A program made the position numbers and the translations under genes. This document shows, piece after piece, positions 27,401 through 41,716 of a stretch of DNA of 64,000 bases (positions are counted from its first letter, which is position 1; each line of letters opens with the position of its first letter). Source of the DNA: Hyphochytrium catenoides (lineage: Eukaryota > Protista > Hyphochytriomycota). The stretch is taken from assembly GCA_900088475.1 (NCBI GenBank), contig FLMG01000265.1, positions 124,001 through 188,000 on the forward strand, in the 5' to 3' direction. The notes under the pieces are model-generated. The model did not search any database and was not told where the DNA came from. It worked only from the letters and a program-made list of their open reading frames with translations.

Positions 27401-30400
27401 GTAAGGTCCCAAGCAGAGAAGGGAGGGGAACTCTGACAGCGCCTTGATATGACCATAAGGTGTGACCTACGTGACAATCAAGGCCATGGTGTTGGGATCC
27501 GTAAAATTAGGGTAAGCGTAAAGAAGAGACATTCAGGTAGGAGAGGAATGAGCAAAGCCCCAGCAAGTTAAGAGACCAAAGTACCCTCCAAAGGAGTGTA
27601 GGGTCCGCGGATTAGAGGTAGAGATGGCCGTTAAGGCTAAACGGAAGATAGCACATGATGGGCTAGAAGAGTAAGTAGAGGGACAGAGGCAAGTCGCTGA
27701 CACACTGACATGAAGCTGTCCGGATATGATTCGCACAGAGAGCCTCGAATTGTCTCTTTGGTGTAATCGCAATCTGTCGCCATGGAAGCTTTGACTACGT
27801 CTCCAGAGATCAGATGATAAAATTTCTAACGCCTCAGTTGAGCAATCCGTCAGAAAGAGAGAACAAAGGTTGTTTACGGAAGAGATCCTTGTGAGATAAC
27901 TTAGATCGCCCTTGAAGAGATCTGCAGCCAAAGTTGAAATGTCTAGAGAGAGACGAAGTTATGGCGAATCATAGTTAACGCACTGTCCTCGAGGTTCTCC
28001 CTTCCCACTAGAATAGCAAGTTCATCTGGCAGCCGAAGGGTATTGCTGTACCTCGCTAGGTCCCAACACGCCCCTTCTTTGAGAGGTAATACCTGTAACA
28101 GCAGTCTTGAGCAGGAGAGTCCCATAATCTCTTTCTAGTAGGGACTCTGCGTTCCGAGGGTTGGCGACAAAGAACGCCATTGCTCTCGTGATCCTGCTGC
28201 GGAGTCGCTCATAGATTACATACACTTCGTAAAGGTCTGAGAAGGGAAGGATCATGTTTCAGCGAGAGATGAGAGGCGAGTAGAGTCAGAGCTACTGCAA
28301 AGAGACGAGAATGATACAATTCAAAGATCGTGTGAAGAACGACGGGGAAGACAATAAGCTCAGCATTCCAATCACCCGCATTAAAAGAATAGGTTGGGCG
28401 AAATAAAAGAAATGGAAGGACGAAGGCTCATAATTCTCCAATCTGTCCGCTTTTACCATCGATCTTTTCTACCTCGCTAGGGGCAGAGGGATTATGAAGA
28501 ATTACTTTACGGCCCAACGGGGTCCCAACAAAGGGGGCACCAACAATTCGACTCCAGGCCTCAAGCAAGCTTGGAGGGAGGCTAAGGTGATCACTGTGCA
28601 GAATGTCCTCCTCACTGTTTGGCAGGACGCAGAGTTGTTCTGACTTAAACTCCTTCAGTATTGGCCTATCAACAGAGACCCTTAAGAGATGAGAGGATGC
28701 CACTGAACGATGCGCGCAGGGAAGAGGCGGGAAAGACACGACGTAGCTCTTTGCACCACCCTGTGTGGTGGAAATAGCAGTGACGGTCCCCGACTCTCTC
28801 TCATCTCTGGTAACAACCCTTGTGCCGATGGTCAAGATGGGGTGAGGCCCGGATAAGACATAAAGTGGAAGAATACCGCTACAAACGGCTTTCAAGAAGG
28901 CTTCACTATGTAACTTGTCTGAGTCAAGAGTCTCCGTGCTCAATTTGAGCATAGCAGATGCACAGTCTTCCATTCCGGAAGTGAAGGCCTATGAGAGGTT
29001 TTAGGGTTATTTCTTTTAGAGGCCCTCAGCTCAACTCTTCGGCACAACTACAATAGAAACATTGCCTTCAGGATCAGAAGACAGATGATGATGATGAATA
29101 GTGTTGAAGCTTGTTATACAAGAAAAGAGGACGGAATGGGGTGAGAATCCAGGACGCGCGCGCGATAGAGCCTATGCAGCTTGCCTTCAATACACCAGGT
29201 ATCCACTGCGGTGCTTGAAGCAGAGAACGAAAGAGCGCCAGAATTTCCTTGGCTACGATTTCATCCATCCCTTCTTCATTTCGGCAGTCTTCTTCTTCAA
29301 CAATGCCAGCAACCAGATGGACCTTACCTTCTAGGAGGAAGGCAGAGTTATCACGAAAGCATTAGACCAACTCCATGTACCAAACGTCACCAAACAGCTA
29401 ATGCCTAGGGAACCGGTAGCTTAAATAAGAAGTATGTGCAGGGCGATCAAAGACAAAAACACTTTACTGAAGCCTGACATTGCACCTACCCTCTTGTCCA
29501 CCGCACGTAGAGATGAGGGTCCTGAAAGGAGGAATAGGCTCTAAGCTGGTGGTATTCCTGCCGGGCCACAAAGCGTATGAGGAATTGAATTACGACTAAG
29601 ATGGTCGCGTCTATGACAGGCTATGTAGAAAATAGGGAGCCAAGCTTGCGGGTACGTAGCCAATATGCAGATCTCACCTCGAACTTGGCCGCCAAAGGGA
29701 GAGAAACAAAAACGAAAAAAACTCCATCAGCCCTTGTGCTCCCTTTCGCCCAACGTTAGCCAAAGAGCGGTCCCCTTTAGAGCTAATGGCTTCTTGATTC
29801 CCGGCAAGAGGATGCCGCACGGCGACAAGAGAGTCAGGTATCATCTGCATAAAACGATTTGAGCTCACATTACAGTAGCATATTATATGGTCTGATATAA
29901 GTCATGAAAGGGGGTACCTTCGGCAGAATAATCTTGAACAGCTGGATAATCTTCATTTGAGTACTATAGCAAGAGGCACGTTATTGTGGGAAGATGCAGT
30001 CATGACTAGATCGTGGATAAATGGAGGCGTCGGAAGGATGATAAGAACATGGAATGACGGGAAGCAATTTAAGGGTAGACTTTTGGACCTTGGTTTGCAA
30101 TAGGTGCTAAGATTCATGAGAAGAATGCTCCATTGTGGGGAACAAATGGATCTCCATCCACCCTTTGCTCTTGCAATTGTAAGAAGCATAGCCAGCATTT
30201 CATATAGAAGGATTTCTCCACATTTGAGTTGCCATAAGGACTCTTGAAGCCCACCAAAGGCAGACAATTGTAATACCTATCCCAAAGAGGAGTCGCGAGT
30301 GCATGTTTTATTGACCGTGAGCATTTGAGACGACAATGCTGAAGACGATATGAAAGAACGCAAGGACAATTGTAGACTTTACTGTGTCCTCACCTCAGCT

Positions 30401-33400
30401 TCAGAGAGACATCGTCTAAACAATATGACGTCGTCAATGCTGACAATGCCGCTCCGCGGCTGACTTCCTGCATGCTTTAATAGCGGGTTGGGTCAATCTG
30501 GATTAATGCTACGGGCAGCACCCAAGAGGTAGTCCCGGGTCGACAACTGCTGCTCAGCACAACACAAAGCGACCTCATCGCCAAACTCTCTCTCTTTCTG
30601 AGTGCTTCAAGGGTACTTACTCTTCGTGCTTATCGCTGTTTCCCTCACCAACTCTCAGCCCAAGGACTCATCTGTCTGGAACTTACCGTGTCATCCCCTC
30701 ATCAACTCTCAACCCAAGGCCTCATCTGTATGCGACTTACCGAGCCACCTAAAGTAAATCCGTCACCTGGGATCCCTACACCAGTAACCGTGAACTGTAA
30801 CGGATCCCCTCCTTTACCATCAGAATACAGTCGGGCGGTGCATTTGACACTTCTTTCAGACTCTCCTTCCGACACTAGGGCTGGACGCTCAACTGCACTA
30901 GTAGAAGGGACGGAGAGGGTAACAGCGATAGGAGTCCAGCATCCCACCGGTACCTCTCTGTTGACCCTCATCCGCTGGAAAAGCCGCCAAGCGACCGATA
31001 ACAGAAGAGGTTAATGATGTGCGGAGGCCAGCTTGTCCAAAAAAATAAGTATATCAGGAGAGTTGGCAGAAGGTAGGTCAGAAAAAGTTCACGACGTAGG
31101 ACCGTCAGAGTCAGTGTGATAGTTGGGAAGGCATAAAGACATATATTCGAATAGAACATAGGTTTGAGCGAACCTGTTCACGTTCTCCATCCTCATGAAG
31201 AGCCAAGCAAATTCTTGCCTTTGCGTCCTCCTTGAGTCTAAAGACCGAAAGCCGTAAGCAAAGTGAAGTGCTGATTGGTATCGAAAGTACGGTAACAGGG
31301 GCGCCGTCTTCCTCTTGTTCAGCTAGAGTGGCGGGGTCTGTAAGGCGCAGCCTGAGGTGCATGACCACAGAAAACTCAAATTTTTCTTGGGTCCTGTTCA
31401 AAATGGCAAGCGAAAGCAAGATTAGGAAGTGGTTTATAAATGCCCAAAAGAGTAGTTGTTAGATAATTCCGCGTTAGCGATTTTCAACCAGAACGGCGCA
31501 AGGACTGTCTTAGCTACCATTTTCGCGATTGGAACGTAGTATCGAGTGGTTTGAGGTTCTGATCCCATTCCAGAGTTAGCGGATGGCCTAGCGCTAGCGC
31601 TAAGGCATCGCCGTCAAGAAATCCACGGAGGCCCCCAATTTGACTTGTTATGAGCATCCTTCGCTCCTATAATGAGATTTACAAGAACAATTTTCTAAGT
31701 AACAACTACAGTTTGATAGAGATGATTCCTTTTAGACCACTTCTGTGTAGAAATACAGTGCAGATAATTCGACGTTTTAGGACAAAAGGTTATCTGACAT
31801 AGTCAATGATAGGGTGCTTGAAACTACAATGGTATCCGCTTACCCAGGCCTTGAATAGCTCTTCATAGAGAATACTGACGAACGACGGCGCTACAAAGTC
31901 CATGGCCTGTCAGACACCGCTCTTAGCAAGATAGTCACATAATCTTGCTCAAACGCAGCATAGCAGGACCAAGATACTCTACGATAGAGGATAGTATAAA
32001 GGCCAGTGTGGTTGAAAAACGCCAGCACTAAGCTCGAGGCCAACAGAGAATTGGTACTTTAACTCTATCAGAGTACAAGTCGAGAGCATGTTAACATCCT
32101 CCTGCAATCACCTGAGAAGCAGCAACCTCTTGAAAAGCATTCCCGACTGAAAGATCTTCCACGACAAATATTTGCTTGCAGATCAATCTCAAAATATACC
32201 AAGCACACTGTCGAGCGGGCGAGTTGTGATCTCTGCGTGAAGTCTCCTTGTCTTCCATGTCCAGCTTATTACGCCATTCCTCTTTCTTAAAGTAGAAGGC
32301 AGAGTCCTCTTGGCTAATCATGAGTGAGAGAATATCGAGGATGTTTGAACCGAACAGACCGTATGGGGAGGCTCTCATCTTGTCTTTGCTCACTGTGATA
32401 CCGTTCAGTGCGAAACTGCTGCGTGACGATATCTGCAATCAGCGTATAAAGTGGGCCAGATTGGCGGTTAGCGTCGGATTCCTATGTGATGCTGTATCAC
32501 TAGCAAGGACCACGTTCAGTATGTTATGCTGCTGGCCTAAACGTTAGTTATAATCTCTAGACAGAGCATGATGCGAAAAGGGGCATCCGCAAGGACTTAC
32601 TGACCTTTAATGCCCAAGGCTGCAAGCAAGAAAGTATAAGAGCTAGAGTTTTACTATCTACTCCTCGATTGTCACGCAGAAGAAGACAACATTGTTCCTC
32701 CAATTGCTGGCAAATTGTTGTATAGAGGGTGGCAATACTCAGTGCCAGGGCTTCCCCTATTTCTTCTCCTTCCGCCTGTGGATCTGCTAGACACCACAGA
32801 TATGAAGAGTCAACAAAGTCCAGTTCATGTTCACGGGTATTCTTGTCAGTCCATGACCCTGGAAGATAAGCGAGACGAGGCGATGCTCAGTAGCTGCATA
32901 AGGAAGTGGTTGCAGCTCATAGATCAATTACAGAGACGGAAGAACCAGGGCGACCTTGAACTAATGTTACTATGATACCTGAAGCTCTTAGGATTGGTGC
33001 ATCTAAAGCGTCTCGGAGGGTTTGACTTCCGTTGGACAGCAGCCCTGGTTTTGCCAGGCACTCAGTTAGAGGCAGCGGCCGTAAGGGTACGGATGAGCCC
33101 CTAAGATATGCCCGGGTGGAAAGAGAAAGAATATCACGTCCAAAGTCTCTTCTGGAGATTGCCTCTGGCAATAGGCGAAGAAGCTCTGCTTTCGCCACCG
33201 CACTTCTAATCTTTGTCAATGCAGAACAAAAAAGATTGCTCCCAACCAATCGAATGTGATATCGCTTGTCCCGAAGCCAAACGGCTTCCAACAGCTCATC
33301 GGTAGAGAACATTGAGGAAAACAGCTCCAGGATTTGCACAACAGACAGGTAGGGTGGAGAGCAGCTGCTCGAAGAAGGAGCCCACGACCCCAAGCCCTGT

Positions 33401-36400
33401 GCAGCTGGCAATAGCAGAGGTGGTGAGATTGCATGAGGCCAAAGATGAGAGCCACATGGAGGAATATGGGATAAATGCCCAAGCTCTTAGTCTGAAGCGA
33501 TGAGGCCAGGGCTAGTTGGGACAATTGTAGGTTTCAAGAAGGAAGATCTACAAACCTGGCAGTTTGGCAACCAGGCATCGCAACAGCATCGAGAGATCCT
33601 TCTCTGGTTCTTTAAGTCGGTGGAGATTATCCAGCAGATTCCCAAGGAAAACCCAATCCTGCGAGGTATCTGTTTTGGAAAGCCTGAAGAGCAAGAGCGC
33701 ATACATCCTTATAAAGCAATCCAAAGTTGTCACTAGTATCGGTGATTTATCCAAAGCAAGAAAATGTGTTCAAACTGGAATGAGCTACGAAGACTCTGGT
33801 CAAGGCTGTCAAGGCAACCCATTTTAATAAAATCTCGCACCCCTACCAGGCTGACGTACTTAGTTATTCTCTTTGCCTTGTCATAGTGGTCCTCGATGTC
33901 AGGTATGAGGACCCGACGGGTGCCAGGTATAAAGTGCTGCAGAAAGAAGGTGCCATTGTTCTGTAGCCTCCCCGTTAGCACCTCGACTACATTGCAGAGA
34001 ACAGAAACTAGGGGTTAACTTTTGCCCAGCTCGACAAATATGTTGTACTTCGGGGAGCCGATTAGAATTCAATGTGCGCAGAATAGAGAGTAACGAAATT
34101 TTGGAGAGACTGACCTGTGCACTTCAGCTCATCGTAAAGGTTGTCAATTACCGCTCCTACTTTTGCAGCCACCCTACATACTGCAAGTAGTTTGGGAGGA
34201 GGTTGCCCCTTTTGCTCAATTCCATAAGATCTGTCATCATTTCGGTTCCTAGCAACCATCGAGGTACTCAGTCTTACGGCCTTTCCTTCATTGTCACTCA
34301 GCTTAATGCCATGTGACAGCTTCATTTGTTCACAACAAATTTGATCTACCCAGCTCACTTCATACCGCCATAACCTCCTGTCCACGCACCTTGTGCAGCT
34401 AAAGAGTTCCGCCTCTTGACGATTAATGAAGAGTAAAATCGCGGTTAGGGCTCGCGCAACCTTCCCGCCTGGTTCTTCAAATTGCAACCCCGTAACTTCA
34501 GCCGCATTTAGCATCCATCGAAAGACCTCTTCGGACGCTCCTTTTCCGTGCAGAAGCTCCAAGAGGCAGATCCTACTGTCATAGAGCTGCTGGTTGTCGA
34601 GGCTTGGTGCAATGCAGGAAGCTTGTGGCGGCTCTGGTACTCCCTTACTCAAACTGCGTACACTTTACATAAGGATTGACTCATTAAAAGATAACAGATT
34701 AAGGTGGCTGTGAAAGCGGTAGGAAGCTCTAGGAGCAGGCATCTTTAATGGAACCAGGGGCTGTACAGGTAGCCGCGAGGGCCATGGTCATTGTGCACGC
34801 GGTTAATGTCCACAGTTCTCGAAACAAAATAACAAACAAAGTAGCACCGTTTCATGGACTACATACATGTCTCTTACCGTGAATGAGATATGACACTGTC
34901 ATCTTCTACAGGAACATCTAAGGGAGCTAGCTTCATCGTACTCTTCCTGGACGTGAGAACCGTAGCGACCTTGTCTTTCTCTCTGTTATGAGCTTCTTCC
35001 CTTTGCGAAGGTCCTTCAAGGTCCCAGAGCATCTCAACACTCTGCGCTGGCCATTGGAGGGTCTGGAGCAATGGATAGAGATGAGAGAGCTTCTGCGCAT
35101 CTGGCCAAACTTCCGATTCCTGCTTTCTGTGCTGCGAGAGTAGCCCCCCTTATGTCATTTGCATGTCAGAGGCACATTCGTTCACATGAACAAGTTAGTT
35201 GATATCAATGGAGGGTTTATATGAACTGGAGCGTATAGTGCAGCCTATTTCAACAACAGATCTACACACTCGTACCAATGAGCCCAGAAGCCAGCAGGCT
35301 TTCAACCTCATCGCTCTTTTTTCTGTCCTGTTCTGCCCGTAGTGCAATCTGTGCCCAACAACCCCAAAGTGCAGCTGCTGAAGCTTCCATTCTCTCAAGT
35401 TGCTGTAAGAATTGCATGGACGAGGAGGTATCTGGACCTGGAAGCATAAGCCGCCTAGAGTGATATTGCTCAGAAAATAGTGTTTGTACAAGGGCCCTAG
35501 GGAGAGTAAATTGTTTCTTGGAAGTGGGCAGACGCCCAATTAGATAAATTGAGAAACAAACTCGTTGACTAAATCCATAGACAGAACTAGGCGAGCGATC
35601 TGAGGGACTACTAGAATTCTTACTGAAGTTTTTCTTGCACCGTGAAAACGACCCCATCAATCATAACCAGGTATGATGATAGTCCTGGGAAGAGATCAAC
35701 TAGAAGAGAGAGACTACTCGTGCAGACTGCCAATGACTGAAGAGTGACCGGCAACAAATAGGCGTAGAGATTGTCTGTCCAGCTCTCTTCAACACGCTTC
35801 ATAAACTCCGCAAAGTGAGTGAAGTTGGTGCAACGGTTCATTTCTTTCTTGATTAGGAGGAGGTCCTACGATATTAGGATCTGATGGGTCAGTCGGACCA
35901 TTGTCCCGGTTAAGTGGGCAACACTTTGGAAATAATAACGTCAAAGGTACACGTGGAAATAAAACCTAATGTGAGAGGTCAGAAGGAGCTTCCAGGCAGC
36001 ACCAGGGTTTGAATAAGCACCTTTCGTGGGCATACTGAACCGAAGCTAATATATAGTAATAGTCTCACGCACCTCATTCCCGCTATTTAAGACTTGAGAT
36101 ACTGTCTGCAGAATGATAAGTTCTATTTGACATATGCCAAAGTTACCTCCAACAACGGCATTTTTGTCGGCAAATCTTTCCGCCTGCCGCTTATTCCAGG
36201 CAGCAATTAAACGGGTAACAATTAAGAGCAGATGGTGCAAATAGGCTTTGTGGACGGTCGGCGATATGGATGCAGTAGTGTGATCAGCACTCATTGCTAA
36301 TTTGGAGAGAAAATGCTTCCGACAGGCAGCGACGCGGTCCAGAATACATTCCAAAAGTGGTTCTTGGGGCTAGACGAGGAAGTTGAGTTGGCAAGAATAA

Positions 36401-39400
36401 CAATGAGGAATGTACTTTAAAAGAGTATTCAAAATTGCCCTTCTTGGCCAACATCAGTTGATGAACACACTTACGAAAAGCACAAGTTAGACGAAGGAAC
36501 TGCCATTGAGGTTAGATTTAGAGTTACCCCACCGTCAAGTCCGTCTTTGTTTGCTTCAAAAAGATCTGCCCCAAAACGTCTACCTGTTACATGGTGAGGT
36601 GAAGTTCATTAAATTGGGATAAGTAAAGAAAGAGCAGACAAGCCCTCTAACGTGTAGAGGAAGTTTTGACGATCGCAGCTCAGCGTTACAGGCTTGGCCT
36701 CATAATTTGAGAAAAAATGCGTTGGCACGGACACTTACGGTAAGGACTTTTGCTGTAAGGTGCTGCAAGAGAAGAGGCGGTACGTTATCCGGCTGAGCAA
36801 GAAAAATCATTGCGAGCGAGTATCTATGCGCTGTGGTAGGAAACATAGCCGGGAGCATGACCTGTACACACCATGAGTTATTGCGGTAACCGGAGGGTTT
36901 ACTAGGTAACCGGAGGGTTTACTTGGAAGTATTAGGGGTCCAGGAAGGTGAGGCAAGTGAAATACAGAGATCGGCACCAAGCCACAAAGTCACGGCGGCG
37001 TCCGAATTAACAGAAGAAAGAGGCTCGCTTTTCATTATACATTGATGATCCCATTGGCTTCCTGGAGACAGTTCGGCGAACACAGGTGTGGCATTTTCTC
37101 GGTCAGCAGTATGAGGCGACTGACTGCAGCCCCTACTTCGTTCAGCGCCGCAGCCAATGTCATTAGTCCAGTGTCTGCCCTTCTGGAACCTCCTTGGGTC
37201 TCGTTATGGTCTGCGAGCTCTGGTGGCATTTCGACATCAGGGCCGGGATGATCATCAACTTTGGTTGAGCTGGAGTGAGCGGTTTGGGTAGGCTTGGTGA
37301 CTGCGCAGCAGACAAGGGAAACTGGATAAGGCCCGGGGTTTGTAGTAGCTCGCGAATTGGGGAAGAGGAAAGGCTGACAAGGCACATTGCAGGGCCAGAA
37401 GGCATTAGGCACAAGAGTCCTTACCCATAGGAGTGGCTACCGTTTTAGTCGTAGCGCAGGCTTCAATCAGCTGCGCAATGAAATCTTTCGGAGTTCTTTC
37501 CATAACAAAAGTCACATTTAGCCTGAGAATGGAGAGAAGGAGACAGAGTATGGTATCTTCCACAACTACAGATGGAGTTCCCCTGACTGGGTTTGATCCT
37601 TCCTGGCCCCGCCCTAATAGAAGTTCATCCAAATGCTTGATATTGGTACTTAAAATTGGTGATTCTAGAACGTCCGTCCATTTAAGTAGCTCTTCCTGCA
37701 AAACGGAGAAATCCGCATCCAGTGAGATCAGCAGTTGTGCTTTCTTGTTAGGAGACACCAGCGGAAGGTTTCTGTCTCTAGCCACTCTATCCTTTTCTAT
37801 CGTAGACTCCTGGGTGGGAAGGCGCAGAAAGGACCCCTTCCACAAGCAGTTCATGTCTTCACTCTCCTCCAGTGCCGGCATGATCTTGTGGATCATTCTA
37901 ATTAGCGTGACTAAGGACTGAGCGGACGGTTCGATAGCGTACGGCTTGATTGGGACAGTGACGGGGGCTGGAGCGTCTTGTTAGCAGCAACTTGTAGCAA
38001 TGGTTGAGATGAGCAGAAAATTACTACTGGACTTACCGACGGCGCAGCTTTGAGGGGAAATATCCGCCGGAACTTCGAGATACTGTTTGCCCAATCTCGA
38101 TAGAGTAGCAAGAAGACAGAAGCCTATTGTTTCTTTCCGGATGTTGTCTTCTTCTTCAAACTCAGCATTCAACCGCTGGTTGGGAGTGATCATAGGGTCC
38201 TTTAGGCTTTCATTGTTGCGTTGCATGACTTTGACAACCTGGGAGAAATGAATAAGAGTAAGTCAGTGAAAAGGTCTGCCGAGGACTGAGTCAGCGATTG
38301 AACTGTTGGGAAGGAGCTTTGATCTCCATCAGTGAGTGGGCATGCAAAATAATGGCTGGCTTACCTCTGTCGGTGTCTCTCTCTTTAGCAGGAGCAAAGT
38401 ATATTTATCTCCCACCGCCACACCAAAGACTCGCGCTCCCAAACTCTGGAGACTCTCTACCACGCGAGGTTGAGTCTCGGATCTCTCTTCACCATGACCT
38501 AAGCGACCGCTCTCCCCATTGCCCCATGTGAACAGAAGACCTGAAAAAGGGTCAGATGGACTATAATACAAACTTCGGTTCTTCGCATTGGTCTGATGAC
38601 TTCTTATGATCCAGTCACTCTTTCTTCCGAACTTCCCTGTGTCTTATCCTAGTTCCACCTCTGAAACTGCATAATAGAGCTATCCTGCTAGCATCGATAT
38701 TAGCTCACCTTCATCATTGATAGCGGCTGTATGCTCACAGCCCGCATCGACTTGTACGATGAAATGGCCTACCAAAGATTCAACCCGTGTCGGTGTCTGT
38801 CGGTTATCCTGCACCAGTTTATAAGAGGGACGCGGGCACGCCCACTCACAAGGATTAGCACCAGTCTCCTAAAGCTCATAGAGGTGAAAATGGACAGAGC
38901 ACCCTCTAGATGTTGAGACTATGCTGGTTCGGCAAAATTGCAGTAGGAGTGGTTGGGTTGTGACTTTACCCTCCGTCCCCAAATAAAAATATCATATGAA
39001 ATGAGAGGCATCATACAAGGAACAGGAACCTCCTGGGCAGCTCCAAAGATGGTCGCAACAAAGCTGACTGGCTAAGAAGCCCATAGCGACTAACCTGATC
39101 ACCATGGCCGAGCTTTCCATTGGATCCGGAGCCCCAAGTATAAAGGTGCCCGGTACTGGTCAGAGCCATAGAGTGGTCCCAACCACAGCATATAGCGCAC
39201 ACTGCAAATAGAATATCAACATAAACTGCATGCTAAAGTGGAAGGCACCTCAAGTTCGACAAGTAGGGTGCTAAACGGAACCATGAAAGTTTGTAGCCTT
39301 CACATCACCCTTTTGCAAACAACTCGAAGGGTGGAGTGTAGCGTTTCTGTAAAAGCGGTAATCAAGGCGTACGTACCATCACTTATGCCATAAACCTCAG

Positions 39401-41716
39401 CAGGCACCAGCTCTGCTTGCTCGGAGCCAGATTTTGCGGTGCCCAGGACGGGAGGAGTCTCTCCCTTTCTACTGTCCTTGTAACCACCGCCGGATGCGTA
39501 AACTGTCCCTTCCTCTGTTAAAAAAAGGGAGTGCTCCCATCCACCGGTCGCCTGAAGTACGGCGGCGCCGATCCCAATCACTGGGCGTGGCTTGAGGACG
39601 TCCTCTGTAGTGCCTTGACCACACTGTCCCTGAACGTTACATACATCAGTCTCTGAGTATAGAGAGTTCTAAATTGCGATGAAGAAGTAAGGGATGCAAC
39701 CGCCCATACCTGGTTATTCTTTCCCCATGAAAGAGCGGCTCCGTTCACCGTGACGATGAGGCTGTGAGATGCCCCACAAGCTACACCTGAAACTCCTACA
39801 CCTTGGTCCAGACCTTTAACGAGGCATGGGAGATGCCTGTCCTCCGTGTCTCCAAGTCCTAGCCTTCCATTCGTGCCGTTTCCCCAAGAGTAGACACTGC
39901 CATCCATCAAGGCTACTACGGTGTGTGCTAGGCCACATGCGACATGTACGACAGGAGGCTGCAGCATGACTAGCGTTAAATTGCTTATCTCACCGCTTCT
40001 TCCAGCTTCTCCAGAATTTGCCCCTTGATCCGACCGCAGCATGACTAGCGCTACGATCCTTATCCTACCGCTTCTTTCGACTTCTAGAATCCGCCCCTTG
40101 ACCCTTCTTATTGCTACTTATGAGGCCCCCTCTCCTTTCCCTTCGGCCTCACCTTCCCTACAAAAAACTCCACTCGCCGAGGGCAATGCTCCTTGTTACT
40201 TGTGCCATGGCCCAAACGAAACTTGTCGCCATTACCCCAAGTGTATAAGTGGCCGCTCCTCGTGACAGCACAGCTATGTGTCGAAAGGGAAGCAATCTAG
40301 GACCGCAATTGGTGTATGAGTGATGCAGCTTTTTCTATGGCATAGACAAAGTTCGCTGGTATAAATGTTACCTGGACGGCCTCCAAAGCAGCCATGGCCT
40401 TGACTTCGGTAGGCAGCAGTTTATTTTCAACGCAGTGAGCGTCACTACATACACTCCCGGGCGAGCATCGTCCGTGGCCCAGCTTTCCGTGGTCTCCCTT
40501 GCCGAATGTGTACAGCTCTCCTGATAGCTCTGACGTATCATCAGCCCTCTACGATTAACAACAGATGCTTTAGTGTTTCCCCAAGCTCCCTGTTGCTTCC
40601 GAAATAGCTTACCTCTAAAGTAACTTTGCCTCTTGCGACTTCTTGCACATAGTGCAGAACACCTTTAAGACCCGGCCCTAGAACGAGCCCTTTTCCACGG
40701 CCGTCATGAAGAAGGAACTGTTCTATCACCAGCAGTAGGTTCGAAAGGCAGCCTCTTTTGACCGCAAGCGCTAGAAGAGCTGTTTGAGCTTCAGCCTCTT
40801 GAACATAACTTAACGGCTGACCGGGGCCTACACGCTGCGCTAATAGCTCTAACATGGCACGGAATAATGAGGAAGTTATACCATGGTACGGTTCTGGAAC
40901 AATCGAGCTTCCCGCATTTGCATCGTTACCCAAACCTTGTTGCCCTGACGATCATTTAGTGCTTTCGCTGATATTCTCAGCCACATTCAGAGTTAAGCTT
41001 ACCAGCAAGGGTAAGGTTCTGCCTCTGAACGGGGAGCAATGCAAGTGGAGGTAGCTTCGCGAGAAGAGGGCACAACCTCAATGTCAACTTCTTTAGGCTT
41101 TCCAGGTCCTTTGCCACGACTAGACGATGCAGACCGCGGTAAAAGATTTCGAGGACAACTTTGGCATCTAAACCAAGTGGCAAGCTGTTCGACTTGGAAC
41201 TCCGAGCCAACTGCATGAGCATCAAGTTGGCTGGCAGTACGTGTCCGTCCTAGCCGTCTAAAGGGCAACATACCTGAATTCTCTTATCAAAGAGTGCTTG
41301 TCTGTTTCTGTGGAAGCCCCTATCTTTGTTTGGCTCCAAATTCGAGGAGTCATGGATGAGCAAATGGGCAAATGCAAGGTCATAGCTGATGGTGGATAGA
41401 GCAGGATCCGCTGAGAGGTGAGTCAGAGCCTCCAAAATAGGTTCTAAATGGTGGTCTGAGCTATCTTGGTCGGCCTTGAGGAGAAGCTATTAGCCCTCTT
41501 GCCCCATTTACATGCGACGTGATCGTAAGATAGAGAGCCCAGATTACTTACTTGGAATCTTGGAGCATTTGACGACGACAGTCCCTCGCGGCTAACATTT
41601 ACGTAGCTTCTGAGGTGCTGATGAACCTCTGACCGGATAGCCCCGTCCTGCATTAGCCAGGGCATGGACATAGCATCCTCCAGCAGCTTCCTTCTACGGC
41701 ACGTTGTGGCGCTCAT
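18472..41716 (-). CDS. Giant HERC-like protein: RCC1 repeats, two SPRY domains and a C-terminal divergent HECT domain (~23 kb, dozens of introns)
   Basis: RCC1 repeats (VACGLAHT..YSWGNGTNGRLGLGD, LYTWGSGSNGKLGHGD) at ~38350-40520. SPRY at ~26950-27420 (YYYEAELLSDGLMQLGW...GVGD...WSFDG) and ~22550-23200 (SHSWEV...IFLGVAT...IGSDQYGWGF). HECT-like stretches GLILGMAIRT...FWRQL and IREGLTSIIP...ELRDVVCG at 18500-19800. All fragments are on the minus strand and are treated as one gene; the middle exons were not all verified. Confidence 0.75.
36885..36923. repeat. 20-bp tandem duplication (ggtaaccggagggtttact x2) at an intron donor of the HERC-like gene
   Basis: Identical 19-mers at 36885-36903 and 36905-36923. 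Confidence 0.9.
39961..40103. repeat. Diverged 75-bp tandem duplication inside an intron (39959-40152) of the HERC-like gene
   Basis: gcagcatgactagcg...cttatc..accgcttctt...cttct...gccccttga occurs at 39961 and again at 40036. Confidence 0.85.
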
